A stretch of DNA of 63,831 bases, filler included, from Octopus bimaculoides (taxonomy: Eukaryota), in NCBI RefSeq assembly GCF_001194135.2. It is 4 parts of 4 records of this genome, joined end to end, with 100 filler letters (N's around TTAATTAATTAA, not from the genome) between each part and the next. Parts side by side here need not be neighbours in the genome. Positions count along the whole stretch, not along the records: positions 1 to 31,746 come from NC_068991.1; positions 31,847 to 51,480 come from NW_026414330.1; 2 more parts are not named here. One strand, given 5' to 3'. Below, one piece after another: positions 23,460 through 36,752 of the stretch; positions within the stretch are counted from its first letter, which is position 1, and every line of letters starts with the position of its first letter. Position numbers and translations under genes: made by a program. The notes beneath the pieces were generated by a model. The model had not been told where the DNA came from. It saw only the letters and a list, made by a program, of their open reading frames with translations, and searched no databases.

Positions 23460-25238
23460 GGTTCTGGATATCGGTTGAATATCGCCTTTCTCCCATTAAT
23501 TTCTTATTCTTCATGTTGCTAAGGCTCCAGCAGTCAAGTAAAGAAGTATTAGGCAAAACGCAGGTTCTCCATTAGTTTTATTTACAATATAAACAAAGGT
23601 GTGGTACGTTGCTCTTTGTTGCCATCTCATGCGGTATGAATTCGTCGTTCTCCGTTATGTGGGCCCATTGCCTCATGAGATGTGACAAGCAAACTTGCCT
23701 AGAGGACAAGCCAGTGAAGTGTGTCCTGCAAGCAGTCGCAGCGGGAAAAGAGATCGAACCTCGTGGTTTCTTCTTTTATATAGTTTGCCACCGCGAGCCT
23801 TGCTGTGAGCTCGCGCATGGCAAATGGATGCAGGTGAGGTCTCGCTCCAGTCTTGGAGCTGGCAATGACTGCCACGAGATCTCACCCAATATAGTGCTGA
23901 TTTACTTGTGCCGCTACAAGGGATCCCCCCTGAGTACGGCAGTGTGAAAACAGAATAATTGGAGCAGGCACAAGAAAGAACAAAGATGGCAACTGATCGC
24001 AACCAACAAAATATGGTACAAAAATGTGACAAGTCAAATAGAAAAATAATTGCAAGAAATATAAATTGGCATGCACAAAATTTGACAAAATGTTCAATGG
24101 TAGAGTATTGGAACTGCCCAGTAACATAAGAAAGCAATTGTCTGTCACGGAAAACACAAAAGAGATTGTCAGATATAAATAGTTTTAGTGAGTTTTTTGA
24201 GCCAATGCACAGTGCGGCCTGTCCTGGTGACATAGGGTTTGTTCATGTAGGGTAGTGGCGACGAAGGTAGAGGTGTAGGTGATGGTATGGTCAAGGGTGC
24301 ATGTGAGGGTGGCTGTGTAGGTGGTTATAAAGGATCAAAGGTGGGCGTGTTTGGGGTGTCCTCGAAGGGTGTAGAAACCTCAAAATGTGCCCGTTTAAGT
24401 CTGTTGACAGACACGGTCTCTGCCCGACCATTGAAGACGAGACTAAAAGTTCTGGGCGTGCGCGATAGCACACGAAATGGTCCCTTATCAGGAGAAATGA
24501 GAGGTCCTCTGACAGTATCATCCCGAACAAAAACATGAGTTCATTTGTCAATATCCGGTGGGACGTGAGAGGGAATAGACTAGTCACGCGGATGCAAAGG
24601 TGGAAGACTTGAGAAATACGAGCGAAGTCTGGTGACATACGACGTTGGATCAGGAGGTGATGAATTGCCTGGCGCTAACATTGTACCAGGGAGTGCCAGG
24701 GTGGTACGTAAAGGAGTTCAGCAGAGAAGAAACCTAAGTCTGCTTTAACAGCAGTGCGACAACCAAGAAGAACGATGGGCAGGAATTCTGTCCAAGACTG
24801 CAGATCAGAAGTGGCGCATAGAGCAGCCTTCAGTCGCCTGTGAAGACGTTCGACCATCTTGCTGGAGGCTGGGTGGTAGCTGGTTGTACGGATGTGATGA
24901 ATGCCAAGGATTCGTGACAATTCACGAAATAGAGAAGCCTCGAACTGGCGTCCGCGATCAGTAGCTATCTTAGCTGGGACACCAAAGCGAGCAATCCGGT
25001 TTGAAACGAAAATTCGAGCAACCGACTCAGCAGAAATTTCCACTATCGGAATGGCCTCTGGCCAACGAGAGAATCGATCGACGCATGTCAATATGTAAGA
25101 GAAACCGCGACTGGCAGGCCATGATCCAACCAGATCAATGTGGAAATGGCAAAAGCAAGTCTCAAAAGGAGAAAACTGGCCAAGAGGAGCGTGAATATGC
25201 CTGTGGATTTTAGAATGCTGGCATTTTACATAAGAGCG

Positions 25239-26348
25239 TGTAGTGAAACCTCTCTCTCGGGCATTCAATCATAACGAAGCTGGTAACATCTAGCCTTCGG
25301 TTGCCTTGGACCCTTCTATCCATCATCCTGATTNNNNNNNNNNTTGGTGTTAGGAAGGGCATCCAGCTGTAAAAACTATGCCAAAACAGACACGGAAGTC
25401 TGGTGCAGGCTCCTGGCTGGCCAACTCCTGGCAAACAGTCCAACCCATGCCAGCATGGAAGGAGGACGTTAAACGATGATGTATAGAAATTTTGTCTCCA
25501 CAAACATTAGAAAAAGAAAGAGCTAATAATGATTTCTTTATTAATTAGTAAGGTGTAGTGAAACCTCTCTCTCTCGGGCACTCAATCATAAATGATAACG
25601 ACATCTTGCCTTGGACCCTTCTGTCCACCATCCTGATTGGTTCTTATTTGCGCGGCAATTGTCCCCATGTTCTGCTTGCTAAGGGGGCATTACGTCCAAT
25701 CGTGGCTTTGTGATAAGGTCACGTGAAATAGAGTTTTTCTGGGTTTCCGATGAGCCCTATTTCGCCTATAAATAAGCCCGATCCAACGACGGGAATTGTC
25801 TTCGATTTCAGATCTCTCACAGGTCTGGTCGCTGACCACACATNNNNNNNNNNGATTTCAGATCTCTCACAGGTCTGGTCGTTGACCACACATACAGAAC
25901 ACACCTACAGCCAGTTCCAGCGCCGACGTCTTACCCACCAATGTACTGTCTACCATTGTCGTCGCCAGCAACACCAACATCAACAAGCGCGGTTTTATCT
26001 CGACCCTGCTTGAGTGGATGTTTCCACTCACAAACAACAGTCAGAACTAACCAGCTAGAATATTCCGTATCAGGTAAACGGTCACAGCATTCGACGCTCA
26101 ACACACATAGTGTGATACCACAGCTCTGCTACTTGGCCACAACTTCCTGCGTATGAACATTCTATCTCCTTGTGTAACTCTAATACGAACTGGTATTTCT
26201 CTATCTCAGTGTTTGAGACTTGTATTCTATGTTACAGACACTCTTTCTATGTTCTGTGTTTCCTCTCATTCACACGCACACTTGTACTCTCACATATTGT
26301 ACACGCACTATTGCTTATACGACTGTCCGTCACTTCACATTGTTGTAT
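25239..26348 (+). mobile_element. Two stacked copies of an LTR starting TGTAGTGAAACC (25239, 25555) with a retroposon 3' end between them
   Basis: tgtagtgaaacctctctctcgggca occurs twice; CCAAT/E-box/TATA at 25696-25774; 25344-25482 is the (GAT)n-tailed family. Confidence 0.75.
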
Positions 26349-26965
26349 NNNNNNNNNNNNNNNNNNNNNNNNNNNNNNNNNNNNNNNNNNNNNNNNNNNN
26401 NNNNNNNNNNNNNNNNNNNNNNNNNNNNNNNNNNNNNNNNNNNNNNNNNNNNNNNNNNNNNNNNNNNNNNNNNNNNNNNNNNNNNNNNNNNNNNNNNNNN
26501 NNNNNNNNNNNNNNNNNNNNNNNNNNNNNNNNNNNNNNNNNNNNNNNNNNNNNNNNNNNNNNNNNNNNNNNNNNNNNNNNNNNNNNNNNNNNNNNNNNNN
26601 NNNNNNNNNNNNNNNNNNNNNNNNNNNNNNNNNNNNNNNNNNNNNNNNNNNNNNNNNNNNNNNNNNNNNNNNNNNNNNNNNNNNNNNNNNNNNNNNNNNN
26701 NNNNNNNNNNNNNNNNNNNNNNNNNNNNNNNNNNNNNNNNNNNNNNNNNNNNNNNNNNNNNNNNNNNNNNNNNNNNNNNNNNNNNNNNNNNNNNNNNNNN
26801 NNNNNNNNNNNNNNNNNNNNNNNNNNNNNNNNNNNNNNNNNNNNNNNNNNNNNNNNNNNNNNNNNNNNNNNNNNNNNNNNNNNNNNNNNNNNNNNNNNNN
26901 NNNNNNNNNNNNNNNNNNNNNNNNNNNNNNNNNNNNNNNNNNNNNNNNNNNNNNNNNNNNNNNNN

Positions 26966-27273
26966 TGTCACTCAGCTTAGCAGCCGCTGATTGTGTTGTA
27001 GTTGGTATTGGAAAGTTAAGAGCTTCCTTGATGCCTGCCAGAGAAGCAAGTAGCTATCACCATCGAAGGCATCGTGGTGAAGAGTGCTTCGTTGAGGAGC
27101 GAGGAGTTGTCACGTAGAAGGTCTCTCGCTCAACTGCCTAAGAAAGTGAAACTCACTCTTTAAGTACTAGTTTTACTACGCATGCGCACTCGAGGGGCTT
27201 CCGGTGGTGAAGTTCCTTGCGCGTGCGCAGAATAGTACTTCCTCAATGGCGGCTATAATTTCTCGCCACTACA
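26966..27273 (-). mobile_element. LTR related to 21478-21720, inserted between RNaseH and integrase
   Basis: Minus strand starts TGTAGTGG; carries acgcatgcgca, cttccggt and tgcgcgtgcgca motifs; breaks the ORF at FFWP. Confidence 0.7.
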
Positions 27274-30003
27274 AGGCCAGAAAAATTGAGCCGTAATAAG
27301 CTTCACCGAGGCAGCAACGCCAGGATGTGACAGTGAATGCAAGGCATCAAACACAGAGCGCTGGTGGTTCTCGGGTACAATTGGCCTGGGAGAACCAGTA
27401 GCTGTTTCACAAAGAACGGTGCCTTCAGCAGACGGAAGTGGAAGATAGGCAAACTTGCAACAGGACAACTTGGTAGAAACTAAATCCAAAGTGTCCAGAG
27501 CTGGCTGATCCTGCGCAATGGCTGTTAAATCGATTGCCGCAGGAGATGAAAGGGAACACACAGGAAGACGAGAGAGTGCATCAGCAGGCACGTTCTCTGT
27601 TCCAGGAATGTGCCGAATGTCACTCGTGAAGTGAGAAATGTAGTCCAGGTGACGAAAAGCACGAGGCGAGTGTTTGTCCGATTTAGAAGACAGAGCAAAC
27701 GTAAGAGGCTTGCGATCAGTATAAATCACAAAATCTCGGCCTTCGAGTTGATGTTGAAAATGACGAACTGACAGGTAGATCGCCAAGAGCTAACGATCAA
27801 AAGTACTTTACCGACGTTCAGCTGGCTTTAATTGACGAGAAAAAAATGCCCAAAGGTTTAGTCTGATTGTCTACGGTGTGCTGCAAAACAGCACCAACCG
27901 CAGAATCCGATGCATCAGCGATTAAAGAGAGAGGAGCATCGGGAACCGGATGTGCAAGCAAAGGAACAGAAGCTATTTCCTTCTTGATTGACTCAAAAGC
28001 AGATAACGCCTGGGCAGATAAAGTAATGGGAGAATTCTTTTTTGTATTTGCTTTCAATAGACGAGTCAAAGGAAGTATCTTGTCTGCACAATCACAAATG
28101 AAGCGTCTGTAGAAGTTGACTACTCCCAAAACATGGCGAAGCTAGCGTAATAAAGTAGGGGGTGCGATGCGCTGAATTGCATCGACTTTGGAAGAGAGAG
28201 GTCTGAAACCATTTGAGTCGATATAATGTCCCAGAAATTCTAGAGAGGACTGCCCGAAAATACACTTATCAGGGTTGATTCGCACATTGTAGGCGCGAAG
28301 ACGCTGCAAGAGCTGATTTAAGTGTTGGATGTGATTCTTACACGTGTCGCTTACAATGAGTATGTCGTCAACATAAGCAAACACAAAATCAAGTCCAAGG
28401 ACAACTTCATCGATAAAGCGTTGGAACGTGCTCGTGGCGTTCTGCAAACCGAAGCTCATAAAAAAGGAATTCGAAGCTGCCAAAAGGAGTAGTGATGGCA
28501 GTTTTTGGTATGTCCTCATTTTTGACTGGTATTTGGTGATAGGCATGAACGAGGTCGAACTTAGAAAAATTGGTACAACCATGCAAATTAGAGGAGAAAT
28601 CCTGGAGATTTCTTATAGGGTGGCGATCGGGAACAGTGACCGCATTCAAATGTCTGTAATCCCTCGCCGGGCGAAAATCAGAATCCCCTTTTCGTGCTAA
28701 ATGAAGGGGAGATGCCCAGGGGCTGGTAGAGGGACGAATGAAGCCAAGCTGGAGCATGTGTTCAAACTCGAACCTAGCCTTCTTAAGACGGTCAGGAGCA
28801 AGTCGCCGCGGGCGTGAAATGACAGGTGGCCCAGTGGTGGTAATATAGTGGATGGTCGAGTGAGTAGGTTTTGCCATTTGGAATCACTGATCCACCAGTT
28901 CTGAGAAAGACGCTAAGAGTGAATGAAATGCATCACCAGCAGTGGCCACAGCATTGGTAGTGGCCTTTGCAGGTGTAGACAAAGACGAAGAACCATCAAC
29001 AAGTCTATCGCTTGACATCTACCAATAGGTTAAAATTGTTCAAAAAGTTCACACCTAGAATAGGATGTGGAGATCAGCTATGACAAAAATCCACCTAAAA
29101 TCCCAGTGAATATTAATGTCAATATGTAAGGAAACTTGACCGTAAGTTGCAATGGGAGACCAACTGACCTCGTGCAAGTGATCTCTGAATGCTTTGGCTT
29201 GTCTGTAGCGAGATGCAAAGGCCAAATAGAGCAACTAGAACCTGTGTCGACCATAAGCACTTTTCTAGACACACGACCCTTTACAAAAAATACACAATGT
29301 GAGGTTAATTGGTCGGGAGTGTTTGACGTGCTCAAACCCTCCGCAGTTCGTTTTTTGACGATTGGAAAGAACAAGGCTGAATGCGTGGTACCAACAAAGA
29401 CCAGGACTAGAGGAAAAAGAATCGGTCGAGCGTGAACGAGACCGGCTCTGAGTGCGACGGTGCGAAGAGTTGGAGCGCCTTTGCCAAAGCGCATCCATGC
29501 GGCATGTTAAGGAGTCAAGTTTCTTCACAATCTCATCACGTGATGAGGAAGATGCAGCGGAAGAGACCTCTGAGCAAGAGCAGACATGGCGAGGTGCTGG
29601 CTGGATAGCGAACCCTAAAATTTTATCAGCTATGGTAGCTAGTTGATCCACGGTGTTTTTATCAACTGCTGTGGTTAAAATGGTTTGCACATTAGGAGGT
29701 AGCCGGGAGAAGAAAAGCTTCCATAAGAGCTAGTTGTCCTCAGTCGTGTTGCTGAGCTTGCAGAGATGTTGTAAAAACTGAGACAGCGTCCTGTCTCCTA
29801 GCTCCTCGTCCTGCATTAGTTGCTTAAACTTAGACTCCGCGGATTTAGTGTTCCGCTAGAGAACCTCAGATTTTACCACCTCGTACATCGTATCCAGGCG
29901 AGGATCTGTGATGAGATCCCTGACGGAAGTAGCAAGTGGCACAAGAATGCTACATAGGAGAAGATTTAGCTGCCGCTGGGAAAGCACAGCATGTGTCGCA
30001 AAG

Positions 30004-31746
30004 TGTTATATGGACTGTTAGATTTGTTGTTCGTCTGAGGTCCTGTGTTTCAATGGAATTCGTCTGAGGTCCCTGTTTTCGTTGTTGTTTTGAATGACTG
30101 GAGAAGTCGAAGGCTATCGATACATATGGCGAGGACATGATTCTTGTTTATTAATAACGAACATTCGGTGAGTGCGTTCTTTGTTTGTAATTAAATAAAT
30201 AAATGTAATAAATAAACTGTACAACTCGTTGTCTTTTCTCTGTGAGTCTCCCGAGAGGATTACAACAGAGTTTATTGGCGTTGCCGATAGGATTACATGC
30301 ATACTTTGCCGTAAAATTGTTCATCTTAATAACAATGGCTGAAAAACAGACAGTAGAGCTTATAAAATTGTTTAGGGAACAAATGGAACAGCAAATGCAA
30401 CAACATAAGAGAGATATGGACACTCTGTTAAAACTGTTTGGTGCTCGACAAGTTGAAGGCGATTCCCGTGGCTATTTTTCAGCTGCTTCGACAACAGTGT
30501 CGATTCCACCATTTGCTGCATTTGATTCAACGACAGAACTATGGCCTGATTACTGGTCAAGATTCCGCACGTTTGTGGTTGCTAATGCTGTNNNNNNNNN
30601 NNNNNNNNNNNNNNNNNNNNNNNNNNNNNNNNNNNNNNNNNNNNNNNNNNNNNNNNNNNNNNNNNNNNNNNNNNNNNNNNNNNNNNNNNNNNNNNNNNNN
30701 NNNNNNNNNNNNNNNNNNNNNNNNNNNNNNNNNNNNNNNNNNNNNNNNNNNNNNNNNNNNNNNNNNNNNNNNNNNNNNNNNNNNNNNNNNNNNNNNNNNN
30801 NNNNNNNNNNNNNNNNNNNNNNNNNNNNNNNNNNNNNNNNNNNNNNNNNNNNNNNNNNNNNNNNNNNNNNNNNNNNNNNNNNNNNNNNNNNNNNNNNNNN
30901 NNNNNNNNNNNNNNNNNNNNNNNNNNNNNNNNNNNNNNNNNNNNNNNNGGTTCCAAAACCAAGCAAGTCTACAAGGTCCAACAGAACAAGAATAAGAGTC
31001 CTCAAAAGAACCATCAGCAGTCTTATTCCACAAACCAGGAGAAATGCTACCGATGTGGAAAGGCCCACAAAGTGACAGACTGTCCTTTCAAAGAATCCAA
31101 ATGTCATTTTTGTGACAAAAAGGGACATTTTCAAGCGGTGTGTAGAAAAAAACAACATCAGCAACGCAATGGCCACTCACAAACTCCCGTGAAAAGAATC
31201 ACAAAAGCTGAGCTAGTCAAAGCGATCCTATGCGAAGTTTCCCGACATATTCATAGTTTGATTGTGCCAATAACAATCCAGAACAGACTGTTCACAATGG
31301 AATTGGACACTGCCACTACAGGAAATGTTGTTTCCTTGTCAGTCTGGAAACAACTAGGAAAACCAAACCTGCAAGATATCAAGCATCGCTATGAGTCTGC
31401 CAGCAAGCACGACCTGCCTGTTCTGGGAAATTTCATGGGCTAAACCAAGGATCCAACAACCGTTAAGCAGAATCTAATACCATACATCGTCACCAAGATC
31501 TCTGATCTTAATTTGCTGGGACGAAATGCTATCCAGACTCTGGGAATTTCCGTGGACACTGCTCTAGGTTTGAAAAGCATAGACAGCCAAGCCAAGAGGG
31601 AAGGTGCAGAAGTGATATATCCAAAGACCTCAAGTGAGCCCTATGTTTCTCTGCAACAATATTGTCACATGTGTGATGAATTCCCAGATCTTTTCAAGCA
31701 AAAATTGGGATGTCTCAAGAACTTTGAACTGGAAGTGAAATTCAAA
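30004..31746 (+). mobile_element. Ty3/Gypsy with CCHC Gag (Mag-like): 5' LTR 30004-30267, PBS, gag from 30335, protease; runs into a join
   Basis: TGT...ACAACA LTR then ttggcg; FDSTTELWPDYWSRF; CYRCGKAH and CPFKESKCHFCDKKGHFQAVC knuckles; MELDTATTGNVVSLSVWKQLGKP protease. Confidence 0.88.
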
Positions 31747-31846
31747 NNNNNNNNNNNNNNNNNNNNNNNNNNNNNNNNNNNNNNNNNNNNTTAATTAATT
31801 AANNNNNNNNNNNNNNNNNNNNNNNNNNNNNNNNNNNNNNNNNNNN
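31747..31846. other. Artificial 100-bp join 44N-TTAATTAATTAA-44N (also 51481-51580, 58109-58208)
   Basis: Identical format three times; the 12-mer gives stops in all six frames. Confidence 0.95.
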
Positions 31847-33224
31847 ATTACACTTTGAATAACTATAAAGGCAATATTTAGTAGTCTACACAGTTTGTTT
31901 TAAAATTCATGTGATCTACAGACATTTGAGTCAGTAGACTGCGGTCAAGTTGGGGCAACATTTTGAACAGGTTTTGCCGAATAAATGTCGTGTAAACCTA
32001 ATTTAATTTTCACGTTTTGTACTTATTGTTTCGGGGTCTACTGTCTGAACTACTAGGTTCCTGGACGTACACAACACAAAAGCAACGCTCATGTGGTGGA
32101 GGGTGAAATGGTACAAAGTCACACATGCACGAAAATGTATACAGACACATACTCGCAGAAACGCACATACACGCACACACACACACATACATGCATTCAC
32201 ACCGGCACACGCTCACAGACACACGCGCATAAATGCACAGATATGTCAATACACAAAGATTTGCAACAGGCTTCTACACATTTTCCTTTCCTGAATTTCA
32301 TTGACAAAGCATTGGCTAGCAGGAGGTATATTAGAAACTACTTGTCGAAGGTGATGTGAAGTGGGATGGAAGTCAAAATTGCGTAGTTGCAACGCAACAA
32401 GTATATCTGAATCTATTGATTAATTATATAATTATGATGGAGTTATTAATTCAAATAATTAAATAATCCTGGCATTGAGGGACATATTGTCCTATCAGAA
32501 GTCTCCTATGTTGCTAGGAATAATAGCCAAATACCTCGAATGAGAATGCTTCTTCAAATGCAAATGAAGGAGAGTTTAAGAAGCATTTGTTTACTCACTC
32601 AGCTGATACACTCCCTCTCTCACTAGAGATACATACATACACACACATACATACATACATACACACACACATACATACATATACAACTATTCTCCTTTTC
32701 TTCTTCTCTCTCTTTCTATTAATTTCTTATGGGTGCGTGTGTTTGTGTGTGTATGTGTGTGTTATTCATTCACTGATTTCAGTCATTTGAATACGGCCAT
32801 GCTGAAGTACGGCATTGGAATGTTTTATTCAAAAAAATCGAATGGTGGACATATTTTCGAAGCTAATCGATCACTTTCTGCCGAACTGCTAAATAAGGGA
32901 GACGTAAATACATCAACACCGGTTGTTAGGTGGTGACGGGAGGGGGAGACAAACAGATACAATAACGCACGTCCATAGATGTATGCTTATATACATTAAG
33001 GGTTTCCTTCATTTTCCGTCTACCAAATCCATTCAGAAAGCTTCGGTCGGCCCAACGACATAGTAGAGGACACTTTACTATGCTACCATGCAATGGGATT
33101 GGACCCGGAACCGTGTGGTTGGGAAAACGGCTTCTTATCTTACAGCCTCACCTCTATACACCTTCATTTCATTGTATTAAGCTGTGTCTCTTTCTGTCTC
33201 TGTGACTGTCTGCTTGTCCGTTTG

Positions 33225-33261
<37 letters not shown>

Positions 33262-33682
33262 CTACCTCATAGTCTCACTGCCTCTCTATCTTACTTACCT
33301 TTCCCTTGCTCTTTTCTGTTATATCACTCTCTCCTTTCACCATTTTCCCTTCTTTTATCTAAGGGGATATACTAAGAGTTGTCTCCCACGTCTTTTACAT
33401 ATTTCAGTCATAAGACTACGCTCATGCTGGAGCACCGCCTCAAAGAAATTTTATTCGCCCAAATCCAACCTTCTCTTTGTTTCTGTGCTCATTCCATCAG
33501 TGTCTTTTGTCGAATCACTACGTCATGGAGCGTAAATACGCCAAAACCGTTTATGAAGCGGTAGTTGAGGACGGACACAGACACGCACACACACATAGAT
33601 ATACATAACTACACACACTTACAAAGACACACTCAGACTACGCACACATACACTCACTCACATATACACCCCCATATACTTA

Positions 33683-33765
<83 letters not shown>

Positions 33766-35770
33766 NNNNNNNNNNNNNNNNNNNNNNNNNNNNNNNNNNN
33801 NNNNNNNNNNNNNNNNNNNNNNNNNNNNNNNNNNNNNNNNNNNNNNNNNNNNNNNNNNNNNNNNNNNNNNNNNNNNNNNNNNNNNNNNNNNNNNNNNNNN
33901 NNNNNNNNNNNNNNNNNNNNNNNNNNNNNNNNNNNNNNNNNNNNNNNNNNNNNNNNNNNNNNNNNNNNNNNNNNNNNNNNNNNNNNNNNNNNNNNNNNNN
34001 NNNNNNNNNNNNNNNNNNNNNNNNNNNNNNNNNNNNNNNNNNNNNNNNNNNNNNNNNNNNNNNNNNNNNNNNNNNNNNNNNNNNNNNNNNNNNNNNNNNN
34101 NNNNNNNNNNNNNNNNNNNNNATATATATATATATATATATACTCACACACCCACAGAGCGTATCTCAGTATAATGTATATACACTTTGTATAGTAATAA
34201 ATATTGCCTTTACAGTTATTCAAAGTTTTCTTTAAAAGTAATATGATCTGCAGACATTTGTTTGAGTCAGTGGACTGCGGTCAAGCTGGGGCAACATCTT
34301 GAACAGTTTTTGCCGAATAAATGTCGTGTCATACCTAATTTATTTTACAAGTCTTGTACATATTGTTTCCGGGTTTATTGTCCAACCTTCTAGGTTTCTG
34401 GACGTCTACAACACAAAAGCGATGCTCAATTGGTCATTTGCTCATTTGTCTGCACACAAAAATGCATACAAACGGATACGCGCAAAATCGCACATACACG
34501 CACAGGTACACACACACGCACTCACACAGGCATACACACACACAAACACACGCACATTTATGCATTGACATGTTAACACACATACATTTGCGACGGGCTT
34601 CTACACAGTTTCCTTTCATGAATTTCCCTGACAAAGCATTGGCTAGCCATAGTTGTATTAGAAACTACTTGTCGAAGTTGATGTGCAGTGGGATGGAACT
34701 CAATATTGCGTAGTTGTAAAGCAAATATCTCAACCACACAGGTACATCTGCATCTATTGATTAATTATATCATTATGATGGAGTTATTAATTCAAATAAT
34801 TAAATAATCCTGGCATTGAGGGAAAATTTAATAAATATCTATATAGAACAATTGTCCTGCAGGTGAGTTCACAACATGTTAGATATAACAGCCAGTCATC
34901 TACAAATTTGTGTTGTATCTGATACCAAATGGAAGGATTAATGATGCGGGGCACCTTGGGAAAATATCCTCTACTTCAGCTTCATAGACGGAAACTGAAA
35001 GAACCTCTGAAAACTTTAGTAAGGTACCGGTATATTCCCCTGGTTTTGAGTCAATGGAAAATGTGTACCTCTTTCTCGGATGAAATTTGAATGTACTACA
35101 GGTTCATTGTTTGAATGGTTTTATCATGAACACCTTAATGTCTGCTAGGATTAAGTATTATGAAACTTCTGTTTTATATAATAGTACTCTTTTTTAGGGC
35201 TTAAATTGGTTTATATGTCCTTTTTATCGTACTTGGTCCTTACATCCATTTCGAAATTCTCAAATTTTACTTTTTATTATAAAAAATATAATAATATATA
35301 AATTTTGCTAAATTTTTGGTAATTTTTTTTACTCCTGTCCTCTTAATGCATATTTAGACCTCGTTGTGACGTCCTTTGTCTTCTATTTGAGGCCCCTTGA
35401 ACTGATAATATTAAACTAGTTTGTCACCCTACCCTCCATATTTCTGGGCATACCATTATCTCACTGAATTCTTCTGAGATTTGTTTCATTATGTAGTTAT
35501 AAGGAATTTATAGCCATAGTAAATTAGGGGTTTGGGAGAGTGTCTGACATTAATTAATTCATTATTAGCAACTAGAACTTAACTGCAAATTCTCAAGAGA
35601 CAGATAGATGGAGAGAGTGAGAGAGAGGGAAAGAGACAGAGAAAGAGACAGAGAAAGAAGGAGTATGAGAAATGCTGACTGAGAGGGGAAGAAAGAGTAG
35701 GAGCATATGAAGTGCGAGAGAAAGTAAAAGAAATGGAGTGAGACTGTAATATATAATGAGGTAGCATAGT

Positions 35771-35805
<35 letters not shown>

Positions 35806-36394
35806 CGAGAGAGAGAGAAAGAAAGAGAGAGAACATGTTACAGAGTGGGAGAGATAGAATAGAAGAAAAAATAAAACGAGAAAAAGTGTACTTTGATTTT
35901 GTATGTAAGCAACGCAAATTTGTGTAGACGCGGTAGAACATTTTTTAAATAGATGCTTTTGGAAAAGGTCCTTCACTTTTTAAGAAATACAAATTTCAGG
36001 GAACATGGCTGTTATTTCTAGCATGATCTAAGACGATCCGAAACTACCTAATGGATAACATTTAATAAATACTTTATTTTCCTTTTATATTAGTAGTTAT
36101 TTTTGTAAGCCCAGTACTTACTCGGAATGTAAAGACGTAAACACACGGTTAGAAAGCGGTGGTAAGAGGAAGAAACACACAGACACAGACACACACAAAG
36201 ACGCGTGCACACACACACGCACACTCCAGCCTATATATAAATATCATGATATTAAATACGAAGTGCAGGAAGGCAGAATTTAAGTGTTAGATGGACAGAT
36301 TACAGGAAGGCTTCCGTCAATGTCGCACACAGCTGGCTGAAGGAGTCGTTGAGGAGGCTCGGAAAATGCATTGCAATAATTGAAACAATTAAAT

Positions 36395-36752
36395 TACTAA
36401 TGTTGGCACTCCGTCGCCTACGACGACGAGGGTTCCAGTCGATCCGATCAACGGAACAGCCTGCTCATGAAATTAACGTGCAAATGACTGAGCACTCCAC
36501 AGACACGTGTACCCTTAACGTAGTTCTCGGGGATATTCAGCGTGACAAGGCTGACCCTTTGAATTACAGGTACAACAGAAACAGGAAGTAAGAGTGAGAG
36601 AAAGTTGTGGTGGAAGAGTACAGCAGGGTTCGCCACCATCCCCTGCCGGAGCCTCGTGGGGCTTTTAGGTGTTTTCGCTCAATAAACACTCACAACGCCC
36701 GGTCTGGGAATCGAAACCGCGATCCTATGACCACTGGACCATTGCGCCTCCA
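36395..36752 (-). mobile_element. tRNA-derived SINE (family C) with conserved central domain
   Basis: Minus head gtggaggcgcaatggtccagtgg..gtttcgattcc; central domain recurs in the opposite orientation at 41900-42060 and 44270-44450. Confidence 0.8.

Larger units (their letters stand above)
23514..30003 (-). mobile_element. Ty3/Gypsy (CsRN1-type) element: gag (5' truncated), protease, RT, RNaseH, integrase, PPT, 3' LTR 23514-23918; interrupted at 25239-27273
   Basis: VDTGSSCSIWP (protease); [38 protein letters not shown] (RT); ADASDSAVGAVLQ, YTDRKPL (RNaseH); [39 protein letters not shown] (integrase); PPT caggggggat; LTR TATA at 23774-23783 and AATAAA at 23577-23582. Confidence 0.92.

Noticed and set aside
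31791-31802. TTAATTAATTAA palindrome inside N runs (also 51525-51536, 58153-58164)
   Set aside because: The identical 44N-12-44N format with six-frame stops is an artificial scaffolding spacer, not biology.
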